Shown here: positions 62,608-64,000 of the stretch, one piece after another
Layout of the letters: each line of letters opens with the position of its first letter
How positions within the stretch are numbered: the first letter of the stretch is position 1
Virus record (IMG/VR): IMGVR_UViG_3300046517_002304
Location: 62,001 to 126,000 of that record
Direction: 5' to 3' (one strand)
Length of the DNA: 64,000 bases
The notes under the pieces: generated by a model
What the model was told of the DNA's origin: nothing
What the model saw: the letters and a program-made list of their open reading frames with translations, nothing else
The model's database searches: none
Made by a program: the position numbers and the translations under genes

Positions 62608-64000
62608 TTAGCGTATTTTTTTAAATTTTTCTTTTAGGTCTTCGTTAGAAACAGCGATTTCTCCGATCCAAGCTTCATATTCATCTACAAACTTTTCCCA
62701 ATCAAAGTATTTTCTTGCCCAAGGCATTGACTTCTGTCTGATTGCTTCTTGCATTTGCGGATTATTTGCTAAATTCACAATAGCATGAGCATATCTTAAA
62801 CGAACTAACATATCTGACATAGGATCGCCCTCAATAATTATGCCGTTAGCAATGTTAGCTTCTAAAGCCCATAAATTATTTGTAACCGGGATTGCTCCTA
62901 AAGCTTGTACTTCCATGCACGAAATACACGATGTCTCCGTAAAGGTTGAACTATAGCACCAAATTCCACTCTTCGCTATTTCGCCCCAAAGGGTTGGCTG
63001 ATTAGTTCTTCCGTGAAAGTAAACGCCGCCTTGCTTTGACAAGTCAACAATTGTTTTCTTCATTGTTTCTTGAACACAAGATGGCTTACCAAATTTAAAT
63101 TCAAGTAAATCTGTGTCTAAAAACTCATCCATCGCTACGGTTTCTGTAGAAATTGCTTTTTTAGTTTTTTTCTGTTCGCCACCTATAACTTTGTTCCAGT
63201 TATCAAAACCATAATAAATATGAAGGCTTAGTTTTGGTTCGTATTCTTTCGCTCTGTTAAAAATATGAAGTAGTGCTTCCAACCCTCTGTCTGGTGAACT
63301 CATCCATATAATCCTATATGGATCTCTATTAGGCATATTGTCCACGGGAAAACTTTCATCTATAGCATCTGTCTTAATTCCATTAGAACTTAGAAAAACT
63401 CTATCAGCCATAAATGGGAAAGATGTTTTTAAATAATCCATGTGAACCGGACACAGTGCAAGAACTTTGCTTAGCTTATTAGTTCGCTCTGGCCGATAAG
63501 CGCCACCTGCTCCATCCCAATAAACAACGTCCTGTGCCACCATCCACAAAGTTTGGTTTCTTTGTTCTTTTAAATCTTTATCTGTGCTATAGGAAAGAAT
63601 GGCATCAAATCCCGCTTCTTTAACAGCGTTTAAAATTGCTGGCTGGTCGTCATAAATGATAGCGCATCCTAGCTCTTTCATTTTTTCTACTTTTCTAGTA
63701 GCAGCTTCATCCCAGCTTTTCCCGAACAAAACAACGTTAATGCTCGTATAAGGAACATTTGCTTCTTTTAACATCTTTTCATATTGTTCATTTGGCGGGA
63801 CTTCTTTTTCGCCAGCGGCGGCAATAATGTGAACTCCCTTTCCAGCGGCATAGGCATTTCTTGCCATTTGCCTAAGCTCTTCATTACATTCTAATGAACC
63901 GCCCCAGTCAAATGCTATATGGCTATGATTCGGGACTTCAATCGGCAAATTAAATTTATCCGCAGCACCAGGTGATCTGAATATAATCCACAGCCCCGGC
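62608..64000 (-). CDS. Glycosyltransferase family 4-like protein with inserted HAD-like domain; 5' end truncated by the window
   Basis: Frame is open past 64000 (PGLWIIFRSPG...); SSPDRGLE, FHGRTNQ, FTETSCISCMEVQALGAIPV. Confidence 0.88.
   Translation of the reverse strand, partial: PGLWIIFRSPGAADKFNLPIEVPNHSHIAFDWGGSLECNEELRQMARNAYAAGKGVHIIAAAGEKEVPPNEQYEKMLKEANVPYTSINVVLFGKSWDEAATRKVEKMKELGCAIIYDDQPAILNAVKEAGFDAILSYSTDKDLKEQRNQTLWMVAQDVVYWDGAGGAYRPERTNKLSKVLALCPVHMDYLKTSFPFMADRVFLSSNGIKTDAIDESFPVDNMPNRDPYRIIWMSSPDRGLEALLHIFNRAKEYEPKLSLHIYYGFDNWNKVIGGEQKKTKKAISTETVAMDEFLDTDLLEFKFGKPSCVQETMKKTIVDLSKQGGVYFHGRTNQPTLWGEIAKSGIWCYSSTFTETSCISCMEVQALGAIPVTNNLWALEANIANGIIIEGDPMSDMLVRLRYAHAIVNLANNPQMQEAIRQKSMPWARKYFDWEKFVDEYEAWIGEIAVSNEDLKEKFKKIR

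Noticed and set aside
1-64000. Alternative genetic code (TAG or TGA reassigned), as in some large phages
   Set aside because: Long conserved genes are intact in code 11, and all three stop codons end genes at natural boundaries; only one suggestive in-frame TAG (17433) was seen.

Overview
AT-rich, gene-dense segment of a large T4-like myovirus, probably a jumbo phage. Recognisable core genes are nrdA (partial), gp46/gp47 (SbcC/SbcD-type nuclease), gp13 neck, gp4 head-completion nuclease, dNMP kinase, a gp26/gp51-like pair, two gp19-like tail tubes, gp18 sheath, gp15 and a gp55-type late sigma factor with a degenerate paralogue. Accessory content includes three DNA methyltransferases, four glycosyltransferases, a C26 glutamine amidotransferase, four homing-endonuclease-like genes, three tandem LHRxDGPA-repeat genes, and a ~19 kb block of long carbohydrate-binding virion proteins (double BNR propeller, four LamG paralogues, beta-helix). 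The most notable unannotated patterns are: (1) 14 scattered ORFs share an N-terminal peptide resembling the T4 capsid-targeting sequence, and two of them look like an ADP-ribosyltransferase and a Cys-His-Asp enzyme, suggesting a packaged, injected protein set; (2) a TA[A/T/C]ATA late-promoter-like box lies exactly 4 nt before the ATG of 13 genes, suggesting leaderless late mRNAs; (3) two candidate -1 recoding sites; (4) Cys-rich terminal extensions on neck and tail proteins; (5) mosaic sequence sharing among the LamG paralogues. All calls come from reading the sequence by eye; no searches were run. No rRNA, tRNA, CRISPR array or reverse transcriptase was seen.
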